Below are positions 39,963-49,511 of a stretch of 64,000 nucleotides of DNA, piece by piece (position 1 is the first letter of the stretch; the number at the start of each line of letters is the position of its first letter). Position numbers and translations under genes: made by a program. Below the pieces are notes generated by a model. It made no database searches and was not told the origin of the DNA. It saw nothing but the letters and a program-made list of their open reading frames with translations. Origin of the DNA: a virus (Duplodnaviria > Caudoviricetes); the IMG/VR virus record IMGVR_UViG_3300007553_000105, positions 31,773 through 95,772 of that record. The stretch is one strand, 5' to 3'.

Positions 39963-39988
39963 AATACCCAGTGTCTCCACTGGGTATT
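39963..39988 (-). terminator. Intrinsic terminator-like hairpin after the HNH gene (possibly bidirectional)
   Basis: Perfect 11-bp stem AATACCCAGTG/CACTGGGTATT with a GAGA (GNRA) loop on the minus strand and A/T-rich flanks. Confidence 0.7.
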
Positions 39989-39989
39989 T

Positions 39990-40547
39990 TTAATTTGACA
40001 TTCCGTTATGACGTTCGTCTATTATCAGGTGCTCTTCTGGCCACTGAATATAGTATTGCCAAACTGGATCTGGAATAATAACATCGAATTTCTTTGCGTT
40101 ACTATTCATTTCGTGCCAGCTTGGACGGAAGGGAGTACGCAATGGTTTAACAAGCGACTTACCTTTTTTACTATTACACGGCATACATGCACTAACAGTG
40201 TTCATCCAAGTAGTACGTCCGCCCAATGCACGTGGTATCACATGGTCAATTGTTAAGTCACCTGAGTTAAATCTTTTACCACAATACTGACATTGGTTAC
40301 TGTCTCGCAAATACAAGTTTTTGCGTGTGAATTTGGCAGTCATTGGAGATTTCTGATAATCGGTCATTATGACAACGCTGGGCATTTGCATTTCAAACCG
40401 TGCAGCATGTAGTACATGATCGTAACTGTGAAGTATTTTTACCTTATCTTGGAAATAAGACTTTACTGCATTCTGCCAGCTAATGGTGCTCAGGGGTAAT
40501 AGACTTAGTGGTTGTGCATCTGCATTTAATAATAACACCCTGGCCAT
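39990..40547 (-). CDS. HNH endonuclease (McrA-like)
   Basis: VLLLNAD, LRDSNQCQYCG, TIDHVIPRALGG, ACMPCNSKKG. Confidence 0.9.
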   Translation of the reverse strand: MARVLLLNADAQPLSLLPLSTISWQNAVKSYFQDKVKILHSYDHVLHAARFEMQMPSVVIMTDYQKSPMTAKFTRKNLYLRDSNQCQYCGKRFNSGDLTIDHVIPRALGGRTTWMNTVSACMPCNSKKGKSLVKPLRTPFRPSWHEMNSNAKKFDVIIPDPVWQYYIQWPEEHLIIDERHNGMSN

Positions 40548-40557
40548 TTCATTTTCC

Positions 40558-41292
40558 TTAACTTGTCCGTTTCTCTTGATCTACTATCTGCCGTTTTCGT
40601 GCCTGTGTTAATCCTGATAAGAATCGTCGCGTCTCTACGTAATATATGTATTCAGCTTGTTGCTTTGCGATTGAATCTTTGATTCTATTTGGATAATTTC
40701 CTCTGATTAACTGTAGTCCACGTTCCTTTAATAAACTTCTGTCGGTGTATCTTCCATAATTCCCAAGCATCATTATCTTTGCTTCTGCTTGTGTTCTCAT
40801 GCGATCAGCACCATTGTAAATAAATGCTGTTGCGATATAATCCCACTTGCGTTCTTTAATGTAGTCTCTGAGATCATATTTACATATGTCTGTTCCTACA
40901 TATTCAAATCTTCCCGTAAAGTAATGAAGGCTTACCATAGCATCATACTGTGATTGCGTCATACTGTCAAGTGGAAACAAACTCTTAAATCGTCTTTCTT
41001 TGTTTTTAAAATCTTCCAACCAATAGCTATATGACCGTGTTTCAGTTAGACCTGCACCGTCGTTACCTTTTGTTGTATTATAACCAATACGCTTAACTCC
41101 GTCAGCATCAGTATACTGGTAGGGTATCCACTTATACTGTCGTAACGCAAAATTAAGTAGAAGTGGGCTTGCTTCTAATGTTCGAAATTCTTTTAACTCA
41201 TTAACGGCTGTTTCATCAGTCACAGGATATATGCTAAAGTCCTTTAGCATATCTGCGGTAACGGTTGTGGGTCTAACTACGTAATTTGGCAT
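40558..41292 (-). CDS. Lysozyme-like (GH24 fold) baseplate-associated protein
   Basis: Y.D.DG...IGYN and MTQSQYDAMVSL.Y..G; follows the gp5-like gene with a TAATG overlap. Confidence 0.6.
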   Translation of the reverse strand: MPNYVVRPTTVTADMLKDFSIYPVTDETAVNELKEFRTLEASPLLLNFALRQYKWIPYQYTDADGVKRIGYNTTKGNDGAGLTETRSYSYWLEDFKNKERRFKSLFPLDSMTQSQYDAMVSLHYFTGRFEYVGTDICKYDLRDYIKERKWDYIATAFIYNGADRMRTQAEAKIMMLGNYGRYTDRSLLKERGLQLIRGNYPNRIKDSIAKQQAEYIYYVETRRFLSGLTQARKRQIVDQEKRTS

Positions 41293-42479
41293 TATACTGC
41301 TTTCCCTGATCCTGTTGTAAATGATTCCTGTACACCTGGTACACCGTTCCATGGATGGCGTTCTGGTACACGACTTGCAGCACTTTGTGAAACGCCGCTG
41401 TTTTCTACTAGGCCATTTGGCGTTGGCTTTTCAGCAGCATCAGCACTAGCGCCACTGTTTGAGTTAACTGTTGGCGCTGTCATTTTAATAGCACTAGTTG
41501 CTTTTAAACTTAGTGAAGCATCACTTTGTACGTTAGCAACTCCAACTGAATTCATGTGCAGAGGACCATCAGTTGCAGCACGTATGCCGTCACCACCCGC
41601 CTGAATGTTAATGCCTTGGTCTGCTTGCATATTGATATTGCCTTGCGCATGGAAATTAATATCCTGTGCTGATGCAACACTAAAGCTATTCTCACTATAA
41701 ATGTCAATGCAGCCAGCTGCGTTCATTTCAATATGTGTGCTACCGCCTTGGTTAGTAATAAAAATAATACCAGTACTGTCGTCAATAAGTATTTGTCCAC
41801 CACCAGGTGTGCGTATACGAATGTTCTGACTACCACTGCCATCAGCTGCGCCGTCATCCATTGTTAGTACTGCGCCGCCGGCAGTTGTGATGCCCATTAC
41901 TTTACTTGGACTTTCACGTCTAGCACTACTCATGCTGTGACCACGTACATAATCACCTTCAAGACCTTGTTCTGTCAACTGTGCTGCACGTGCGCTATCA
42001 GCTGGCTTTGTTTGTGGATCAGTGTCGTGTGGGTTTTGTTCAGCTACTGGCCCTAATTCACCGTCCTTGTTTTCACCACTTGCATTGCCGCCCATATTAT
42101 GATTAGTTGGGGCAGAAATTAGCCCTCCCATCAATACACCCTGCGGCATACTAGGGCTAAACTGTACAACTACGTTTGTGCCAGGCGCAGGTGGCTGTGG
42201 CCACATACCAAAACTTGATGTTGATGATCCAGCATCTTCGACGTCTTGTGATGTATTTTTTTGACCTGTCTGTCCTCCCATTGGGGTCACCAAAAGAATA
42301 GTATGCTCAGTAGGAGCAGAATCAAGTGAGCCCAATTCACCTATTCTAACAGTTATGCGTCCTGTATTGTTTACATCTTCATTGTTAACAACTGTAGCAG
42401 TATACATGCCGTTTAAAACATTTGTACTTGGTGCAACTCCACGGGGCGTTGGTGTTACGTTACCTGTTCTTGTTGCCAT
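41292..42479 (-). CDS. Baseplate central spike, gp5/VgrG-like
   Basis: OB-fold N-terminus (ATVVNNED...GRITVRI, FGMWPQPP.PGT.V.V), MDDG, IRIRTPGG, beta-helix repeats, RVPERHPW. Confidence 0.8.
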   Translation of the reverse strand: MATRTGNVTPTPRGVAPSTNVLNGMYTATVVNNEDVNNTGRITVRIGELGSLDSAPTEHTILLVTPMGGQTGQKNTSQDVEDAGSSTSSFGMWPQPPAPGTNVVVQFSPSMPQGVLMGGLISAPTNHNMGGNASGENKDGELGPVAEQNPHDTDPQTKPADSARAAQLTEQGLEGDYVRGHSMSSARRESPSKVMGITTAGGAVLTMDDGAADGSGSQNIRIRTPGGGQILIDDSTGIIFITNQGGSTHIEMNAAGCIDIYSENSFSVASAQDINFHAQGNINMQADQGINIQAGGDGIRAATDGPLHMNSVGVANVQSDASLSLKATSAIKMTAPTVNSNSGASADAAEKPTPNGLVENSGVSQSAASRVPERHPWNGVPGVQESFTTGSGKAV

Positions 42480-44257
42480 TATCTAAATCCCATCAATCTA
42501 TTTTTTACTATCTCTGTAGTCAACTGTGTTTCTTTATTGCTTGTCAAAACCTGTGTAAATTTTCCATTTTGAAATCTTGAAACGATCCTTGAAACTCTGT
42601 ATACTCCGCTAGTAGCTATGTCCAATCTTCCACGATGTTGTCCAATTGTAGCTGCAACTGATTCATGTGGTAGATAATTTAAAAATATGATAAGGCTGTC
42701 TTGGGTAGCACCGAGTCTACTATTAGTAATAGATGGCTGCCCGCCGTCGACTGTTCCAGGTAATCCCATCCAAAAAGGATCACCTTTGATTGTCATATCA
42801 AAAGTCATAAAAGTACTGTTCAACAATGCTTGGTTTTCAGATTCTTCTTGCAACCTAGCAGCATCAGTAGACCCCGTCGTTTCAGATACACGCTGTCGTG
42901 TCGAACTTGCGCCTGTGTAATCGTAAACTGGTGCTATTGTTCCTACCAGTGGGCGCAATACTGAATTTCCCAAAAATCCTGCTAATGCTGCAAATGGGTT
43001 TTCTGTAGATGTCGTTTGTGGCTGAAAGTCTTGGCTAGCGTCAGTGTAACCCTCGCCACGTGACGGTTTCAGTGCATTAAAATAATTCAAATCATATGAT
43101 AGATCAACATTTAATATTTCAGTATTCATACTAGTGAACAAGTAATCATATCTTTTTTTAATCATTTCAGACATGTTACTTAGAAGTATATTTTGTCGTA
43201 TAGGGTCCTGCCTAAACGCTGTCTCGGCCGCTGGATTGGTATCTGGTAAAACTTCAAATGATCTAAATAATATAACGGTGTATACTAATATTTCTTTTCT
43301 TTGATTTGTATTAGAATCCGTGCGGTCGTCTTCATATTGAATATCCAAGTTAACTCGTACATATGGGAGCGGGTCAGTTGGTCTACCTTCTGCTTGTACT
43401 GCATCAAACATTTCTTGATATCCAACAGATTCCTTGGTCAATGTTTCTTTAATAAAATTTGCTACGTTAGCATTGGGACCAATAGTAAACGCTTTTTCAA
43501 GATTTGACGTATTGGCCGTTCCATCTGAGTTCTCCGACACCCCACGCAATAGTGTTGGTAAAAGGCTTGTCATAGAAGAGTCTATTACAATCCTGTGTAT
43601 TTTTTGAGGGTCTGCCTGTTGTGAAGCTTCAGTGACACGTATGTTTCTTTCGTGTTGATTCAACGTACTTTCTAAATTACTTAGAAAATTGCCAACAGTT
43701 CTAGCACTAAAATTTATATCAGTTGTTGTTATTGCACGTTCTACTGCAACTCTGTTGTTTAGGTTTCCAGTTATATGATAACGAGCCCCTTCTGGACCAA
43801 CTGTTGCAGTCAGACCGGTCAGTCTAAATGGGTAGAAAAATTTTCCAGGATAGGTGGCCGGCGCACTTGATCCTGATGTTCTTCCTTTAAATTCCAAACG
43901 TAATACAAATAATATATTTTGCATCGAACTTGCATTCAGAGTATTACTGTAACGTAAAAGACGGTCTGCTAACTCAAACCCCAGTGGTTCTGTTAAGTCA
44001 AAATCAATAATGCTTGTTTGTACTGCGGTTGCCGCATCATTACTGACTAGCATACTATTAAGCACCACATTGTCAATTAGATATGAAGTAGTAACACCTG
44101 ACTTTGCTATAAGTATGGCTTTTCTGGTAGCTAGTGCGCCTTGATCGTTGGTTAGATACGTCATTGGGCTGTCAGACACTTCTGCCGTGACAGCATATAA
44201 TGCAAAATTGTATGTAGGACTGTCCACACCGGACATCCAGTTATCTAAAGTTGTCAT
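42479..44257 (-). CDS. Baseplate hub protein (gp27-like position)
   Basis: EPLGF, KRYDYLFT..NTEIL, IKGDPFW, SGVYRV..I.S.F.NGKFTQ.L; immediately upstream of the spike gene. Confidence 0.65.
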   Translation of the reverse strand: MTTLDNWMSGVDSPTYNFALYAVTAEVSDSPMTYLTNDQGALATRKAILIAKSGVTTSYLIDNVVLNSMLVSNDAATAVQTSIIDFDLTEPLGFELADRLLRYSNTLNASSMQNILFVLRLEFKGRTSGSSAPATYPGKFFYPFRLTGLTATVGPEGARYHITGNLNNRVAVERAITTTDINFSARTVGNFLSNLESTLNQHERNIRVTEASQQADPQKIHRIVIDSSMTSLLPTLLRGVSENSDGTANTSNLEKAFTIGPNANVANFIKETLTKESVGYQEMFDAVQAEGRPTDPLPYVRVNLDIQYEDDRTDSNTNQRKEILVYTVILFRSFEVLPDTNPAAETAFRQDPIRQNILLSNMSEMIKKRYDYLFTSMNTEILNVDLSYDLNYFNALKPSRGEGYTDASQDFQPQTTSTENPFAALAGFLGNSVLRPLVGTIAPVYDYTGASSTRQRVSETTGSTDAARLQEESENQALLNSTFMTFDMTIKGDPFWMGLPGTVDGGQPSITNSRLGATQDSLIIFLNYLPHESVAATIGQHRGRLDIATSGVYRVSRIVSRFQNGKFTQVLTSNKETQLTTEIVKNRLMGFR

Positions 44258-44544
44258 TATCCAAACCTTGTCGGTACTGTTATCTTCATACCACCTACAA
44301 AATCAATAATTGGATCTATAAGTGTATCAGGATTAAACTCTGCAAATACCCACCATAGTTTTGAATTTCCGTACAAGTTGTAGGCGAGTAAGTCAGGTCT
44401 ATTATTAAATTTGTTTTCTATTATAATATTTGTTGTCTCAAAATCAGATGTATTAATAATTGGAGAAGTGTATATGTCCAAGTATTTGTTATTGACAATG
44501 GGTGTAATTCGATAATTACTGTCTGGTCTATATTCAGTTGCCAT
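44257..44544 (-). CDS. Baseplate wedge protein, gp53/LysM-like
   Basis: RPDLLAYNLYGNSKLWWVFAEFN...DP..DF..G..I.VP. Confidence 0.8.
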   Translation of the reverse strand: MATEYRPDSNYRITPIVNNKYLDIYTSPIINTSDFETTNIIIENKFNNRPDLLAYNLYGNSKLWWVFAEFNPDTLIDPIIDFVGGMKITVPTRFG

Positions 44545-45143
44545 TAAATCCAACCTTTCAAGTTATAACCGCTTTTATACCCATCTGCGCTGAATGATGT
44601 TCTAACTTTAGTAGGGGTATATTGCGGTGTCAATTCTAAACTGACAATAAAGATACTAGGAATGGTAGACTTACCGCCAGGTACAGCTAGCGTGACGTAA
44701 TCACTGTCTTCTGGCAGTGTATAACTAAAGTTCTTTATAATGACAGGAACATTATTTGCATGTAGAGTACCATACGCACTAAACACTAGCACACTTGGAG
44801 GTACCCCTGGATTAGATGTACGAGTACCAAACTCTGGCTTAGTAGCAGCTTTGAAGAAGTGTAGCGCCGCTGCACTGTATTTTGCCTCTGCTTCTGTTTG
44901 TGCAGTAAATGTACCAGTTAAACTGATGGTAGGGTTGTTTGTACTTATAAAGTAGTTTTGTTGATATACACTGTGCGTCATATCATACGTACCGTAGTTA
45001 ACACTATGCCCAATTTGTATAGTTGGTGTATAAGGAAATATAACCCCCTGTTGACTTCGCAGTGGTGCCAAGATACCACCAAAGCCAGAAAATCCCGGCG
45101 CAAGTAATCTTACTTTTTGGCTACTTTCTACGCCACTACTCAT
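44544..45143 (-). CDS. Tail tube initiator / baseplate protein (gp48/gp54-like)
   Basis: GVIFPYTPTI, FTAQ...EA, HFFK, PP.VL.FSAYG, VPVII..F...LP...DY. Confidence 0.65.
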   Translation of the reverse strand: MSSGVESSQKVRLLAPGFSGFGGILAPLRSQQGVIFPYTPTIQIGHSVNYGTYDMTHSVYQQNYFISTNNPTISLTGTFTAQTEAEAKYSAAALHFFKAATKPEFGTRTSNPGVPPSVLVFSAYGTLHANNVPVIIKNFSYTLPEDSDYVTLAVPGGKSTIPSIFIVSLELTPQYTPTKVRTSFSADGYKSGYNLKGWI

Positions 45144-45751
45144 TGTTTCAATCTACCTTCAATAAAGTTAAAAATCTCTTGGTCGAACTTGCCAAAAAAC
45201 TGTTGGAAAACTTGCGCTTTCTTTTTTGGATCTGCATCACTAGCCATTGTGTTGCGGAAGTCTGTTGCGCTCATGCCTCCTGCTTCAACTGGCATTTTTA
45301 CAAAGTATACGCGATTTTCATCAGCAGCTTGTAATTCATCTGCTGCGTCAGGCAAAGGAGCAAGTGCGCCGCCGCTCATCAAACGATCGTCATCTTTTTC
45401 ACTAAACGCTAACACAACCGCAGTTTCATTTGGCTTGCGTCCTGCTAGTTCTACACTTGGGCGATATGGACTAGTGTTTAGGATATGATTTACTGGAATG
45501 CCAAACATCTTACTAATGATTGCTTTCTTCTCATCAAAACTAAAAGGATTCTTACTATAGTCGCCTGCTAGATGTTGTTTTTGCGCATCCTTGCTAAAAG
45601 TTGTAGCTATAAATACATTGTCAGCGCCAAAGCGCGACACCAGCTTTTTGTACAACGAAAAGTGTCCTTGGTGCATAGGCTGGAATCGTCCACCGTAAAA
45701 TACGGTGACGTTGTTAGTTTTACTTTCAGTTATAAGGTCATGATAGCGCAT
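45140..45751 (-). CDS. Cytidylyltransferase-like (HxGH nucleotidyltransferase) protein
   Basis: YGGRFQPMHQGH, NPFSFDEK, SATDFR. Confidence 0.8.
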   Translation of the reverse strand: MRYHDLITESKTNNVTVFYGGRFQPMHQGHFSLYKKLVSRFGADNVFIATTFSKDAQKQHLAGDYSKNPFSFDEKKAIISKMFGIPVNHILNTSPYRPSVELAGRKPNETAVVLAFSEKDDDRLMSGGALAPLPDAADELQAADENRVYFVKMPVEAGGMSATDFRNTMASDADPKKKAQVFQQFFGKFDQEIFNFIEGRLKQ

Positions 45752-45771
45752 CTGAGTTCTCCTGTATATTG

Positions 45772-45778
45772 TATTTAG
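45772..45778 (-). promoter_or_regulatory. Late promoter CTAAATA for the baseplate operon
   Basis: CTAAATA upstream of the AGGAG RBS and ATG at 45751. Confidence 0.55.
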
Positions 45779-45794
45779 TCTTAAAAAATACCGG

Positions 45795-45823
45795 TTGACT
45801 TATGCGTGTGCCAATGTTATATT
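45795..45823 (+). promoter_or_regulatory. Sigma70-type promoter with extended -10
   Basis: TTGACT, 17-nt spacer ending in TGT, TATATT; upstream of the AGGAG-ATG at 45850. Confidence 0.7.
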
Positions 45824-45849
45824 GAAAGTTATTAGGAGAACCATAATTT

Positions 45850-46689
45850 ATGGCAAGATCAACTACACACTACCTTTCCAATAAAGAACTATTAAAAGAA
45901 ATACATAAAAGTAAAATGAGCTACTGTTGGGTTAAAGATGAGAAATACTATAACTATGATTACATCATTGTATCAACAGATGAAATTACTCCTGAATTGA
46001 TGCAGCTTGCAAAAGAGAATCGTGCCGCAAGATTGCAAAAACTTGCTTATGATGCTGGAGTAATAGCATGGGAAAAGGGATTGTCAGGTAAAAAGACAAA
46101 GCCACGTTCAGCTGACTATGCGGGGGATGTAGAATCTATTGCTGATACTGATGTTGTTTTTAGACTTATGACATTTCAACATATCCCAGAAGAAAAACGC
46201 AAGACTAATCCAAAAACTGAAGCTGATAACTATTCCAAATGCAATTTTCCTCCATACAAACACATCGCAGTTGTCGACGGTGAACTAACAGAAGTTGCAC
46301 GTAGTCATTGGCAGGGTGGGTTGGACAACGGTCACTTTAGCGTTGAACATGGTAAAACAAACAACCGGTTAGCAAGCATGTATATCAAGTTATGCGAACG
46401 CTACAGTATGCGCGGCAACTGGCGTGGATACACATACGTAGATGAAATGCGTGGACAAGCACTACTACAACTAACACAAATTGGGTTGCAGTTTAATGAA
46501 GCTAAGAGTCAGAACCCATTTGCGTATTACACTGCGGCAATCAATAACAGCTTTACACGTGTTCTTAACTTAGAGAAGCGTGGACAAAACATTAGAGACG
46601 ACCTGTTAGAACAAGCAGGTTTAGACCCAAGTTCAACCAGACTGTTTAGTGCAGAATGGGAAGCAATGCAACGAGATAATCTAGAGTAA
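45850..46689 (+). CDS. gp55: Late-transcription sigma factor, T4 gp55-like
   Basis: HYLSNKELL, NWRGYTYVDEM, QFNEAKSQNPFAYYT...NSF; directly upstream of gp47-gp46. Confidence 0.8.
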   Translation: MARSTTHYLSNKELLKEIHKSKMSYCWVKDEKYYNYDYIIVSTDEITPELMQLAKENRAARLQKLAYDAGVIAWEKGLSGKKTKPRSADYAGDVESIADTDVVFRLMTFQHIPEEKRKTNPKTEADNYSKCNFPPYKHIAVVDGELTEVARSHWQGGLDNGHFSVEHGKTNNRLASMYIKLCERYSMRGNWRGYTYVDEMRGQALLQLTQIGLQFNEAKSQNPFAYYTAAINNSFTRVLNLEKRGQNIRDDLLEQAGLDPSSTRLFSAEWEAMQRDNLE

Positions 46690-46701
46690 GAGCAGTAATA
46701 C

Positions 46702-47727
46702 ATGATGTTTGATGAAGCGGTGTTGTTCACCGATATCCACTTTGGTATGAAAAATAATAGTCGTCAACATAACGACGATTGTGAAAACTTTATAACATGG
46801 ATGATTGAAGAATCACACAAGCGTGGCATTCGCAAGTGTTTCTTCTTAGGTGACTGGCACCACAACCGTGCTAGCATTAACGTTAGTACACTAAACTACA
46901 CTACCAGTAATCTACAGAGATTAAATGACGAGTTTGACGAAGTCATAATGATTACTGGCAACCACGACTTATATTACAGAGAGAAACGTGAGATTCACAG
47001 TATTCCAATGGTGGATCGCTATAAGAATATTCGTATGATCAATGATGGGATCTACGAAGAAGATGGCGTTGCCTTTGTTCCTTGGCTAGTGGAAGATGAA
47101 TGGAAAAGACTAAAAGAACTAAAATCGAAGTTTATTTTCGGCCATTTTGAACTTCCTAATTTTTACATGAACGCAATGGTTCAGATGCCAGACCATGGAC
47201 ATGGTTTGAAAGCTGAAGACATGCATCGCGCGGAAAAAGTGTTTTCAGGACACTTCCATAAGCGTCAGGAACGAGGCAACGTCATCTATATGGGTAATGC
47301 TTTCCCGCACAACTTTAGTGATGCGTGGGATGATGAGCGTGGATTGGTTTTTCTAAAGTGGGACGGTACGGTAGAATACAAAACTTGGCACGGTGCCCCA
47401 AAATATCGCAGCATTGCACTCAGCAAACTTATTGACAATCCTGACGAAATATTGTCTAATAACACTTATTGCCGCATTAGTTTAGATGTTCCTATCAGCT
47501 ATGAAGAAGCTAACTTTATCAAGGAAACATTTGCAAAGCAGTACGATCTTCGTGAGATTGCACTAATGCCTAGCAAGAAGGATGACTTGTCACAGGAATG
47601 GCAAGGCAGTGGAGATATTGAGATTGAGAACGTTGACAGTATTGTGCTAACGCAACTTAAAGCTATTGAAAGCACAACTATTCGCAACAGTTTACTAATT
47701 GATATCTATAATGGACTAAACAAATAA
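46702..47727 (+). CDS. gp47: Recombination endonuclease subunit, Mre11/SbcD-like
   Basis: TDIHFG, LGDW, GNHD, GHFE, SGHFH metallophosphoesterase motifs. Confidence 0.93.
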   Translation: MMFDEAVLFTDIHFGMKNNSRQHNDDCENFITWMIEESHKRGIRKCFFLGDWHHNRASINVSTLNYTTSNLQRLNDEFDEVIMITGNHDLYYREKREIHSIPMVDRYKNIRMINDGIYEEDGVAFVPWLVEDEWKRLKELKSKFIFGHFELPNFYMNAMVQMPDHGHGLKAEDMHRAEKVFSGHFHKRQERGNVIYMGNAFPHNFSDAWDDERGLVFLKWDGTVEYKTWHGAPKYRSIALSKLIDNPDEILSNNTYCRISLDVPISYEEANFIKETFAKQYDLREIALMPSKKDDLSQEWQGSGDIEIENVDSIVLTQLKAIESTTIRNSLLIDIYNGLNK

Positions 47728-49502
47728 TGCTTAAAGTTAAAAATATTACTGTGAAGAACTTTATGAGTGTTGGTAACGTAACACAGGCTGTGCAGTTTGA
47801 TAATGCTGGACTTACACTTGTGTTGGGTAACAACATGGACTTGGGCGGCGACGGTTCACGTAATGGTACTGGTAAAACAACTATCATCAACGCATTGAGC
47901 TTCGCACTTTACGGTAACGCACTATACAACATTAAAAAAGATAACCTTGTAAACAAGACAAACAACAAGCAAATGCTTGTAACTTGTGAGTTTCAAAAGG
48001 ATGGCGTCAACTATCGTATTGAACGTGGACGCAAGCCCAACGTGTTCAAGTTTATTGTTGATGATATTGATAATACAGCCGATGGCACTGATGAAATGCA
48101 GGGCGAGGGTAGGCTAAGTCAGGAAGCTATTGAACGTGTGCTGGGTATGAGTCACACCATGTTCAAGCATATTCTAGCACTTAACACATACACTGAACCA
48201 TTCTTGAGTATGCGGGCTAACGAGCAACGAGAACTTATTGAGCAGCTACTTGGTATTACACAACTTAGTGAAAAGGCTGATATTCTTAAAGAACTCGTTA
48301 GAAATACTAAAGACGCCGTTCAGGAAGAAACATATAAGATTCGTGCTATTGAAGAAGCAAACGAACGTATTGGCGGTACTATTAAAGACTTGGAACGCCG
48401 TCAACGTGTTTGGGTTTCTAACAAAGAAAAAGCTATTGTTGATTTGGGTATTGAACTACTAGCACTGGAACATATTGATGTTGATGCTGAATTAAAAGCA
48501 CATGCTGCGTATGATGTTTGGCAGGATCGCAAAACACAGTACGATACACTTACGAGTGAAATTGCAAAACTTACTACTGCTAAAGAGCGTGAAACAAAAC
48601 GTCTACTTAAGGCAGAAGAAGATTTGTCAGCAGCACTTGAGCATAAATGTTATGCGTGTGGACAAGAGTTACATGATGAAGCGCATGATAAAATCGTTGC
48701 AACAAAAACTGAACTCGTTGCAGAATCACGTGGAATCGTTGCAGAAATAGAGGAATCGTTACATGATTATATTTCCGGACTTGATCTCATTGGTGATATT
48801 GGGCCTGCTCCAAGACTCCACTACAACACTGTACAAGAAGCATACGAGCACCAAAGCAAACTAAGTAAAATTAAAACAGATATTGAACGCAAGGAAGCTG
48901 AAGCTGATCCATATGAGGAACAAATTCAGATTATGCGTGATACTGGATTGCAGGAAGTTGATTGGAACGAAGTTAACCGTTTGGACGATTTAAAAGAACA
49001 TCAGGAATTCCTGCTTAAACTGTTAACAAGTAAAGACAGCTTTATACGCAAAAAGATTATTGAACAAAACTTGAGCTTCCTAAACAGTCGCTTGGAATAC
49101 TATATTACTAAACTTGGACTTCCACATGAAGTTCAATTCCAAAGCGACCTAAGCGTAAGCATTACACAGCTTGGACAAGACTTGGACTTTGATAACCTTA
49201 GTCGTGGTGAACGCAACCGTCTGATCCTAGGACTTAGCTGGGCTTTCCGTGATGTATTTGAAAGCATGAACCATCCTGTTAACTTGATGTGTATTGACGA
49301 ACTAGTTGACAGCGGCATGGATACGGTTGGTGTTGAAAGTGCGCTGGGCGTTCTCAAGAAATTGGAGCGTGACCGCAGCAAGAGTATCCTGCTCATTAGT
49401 CACCGTGACGAACTTGTTGGGCGTGTAAATAATGTATTACAAGTTACAAAAGAAAACGGCTTTACGACATTTAATACAGAGATTGAGGTTATTGATGCAT
49501 GA
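47727..49502 (+). CDS. gp46: Recombination ATPase subunit, Rad50/SbcC-like
   Basis: KNFMSVG, Walker A NGTGKTT, zinc hook CYACGQ, LSRGE signature, IDE Walker B, ISH. Confidence 0.95.
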   Translation: MLKVKNITVKNFMSVGNVTQAVQFDNAGLTLVLGNNMDLGGDGSRNGTGKTTIINALSFALYGNALYNIKKDNLVNKTNNKQMLVTCEFQKDGVNYRIERGRKPNVFKFIVDDIDNTADGTDEMQGEGRLSQEAIERVLGMSHTMFKHILALNTYTEPFLSMRANEQRELIEQLLGITQLSEKADILKELVRNTKDAVQEETYKIRAIEEANERIGGTIKDLERRQRVWVSNKEKAIVDLGIELLALEHIDVDAELKAHAAYDVWQDRKTQYDTLTSEIAKLTTAKERETKRLLKAEEDLSAALEHKCYACGQELHDEAHDKIVATKTELVAESRGIVAEIEESLHDYISGLDLIGDIGPAPRLHYNTVQEAYEHQSKLSKIKTDIERKEAEADPYEEQIQIMRDTGLQEVDWNEVNRLDDLKEHQEFLLKLLTSKDSFIRKKIIEQNLSFLNSRLEYYITKLGLPHEVQFQSDLSVSITQLGQDLDFDNLSRGERNRLILGLSWAFRDVFESMNHPVNLMCIDELVDSGMDTVGVESALGVLKKLERDRSKSILLISHRDELVGRVNNVLQVTKENGFTTFNTEIEVIDA

Positions 49503-49511
49503 CCTCAATCT

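Noticed and set aside
39990-40547. HNH as an intron-encoded or IscB/TnpB-type mobile element
   Set aside because: Free-standing short McrA-like HNH with intact neighbours, no RuvC motifs and no flanking intron structure; only a terminator hairpin follows.
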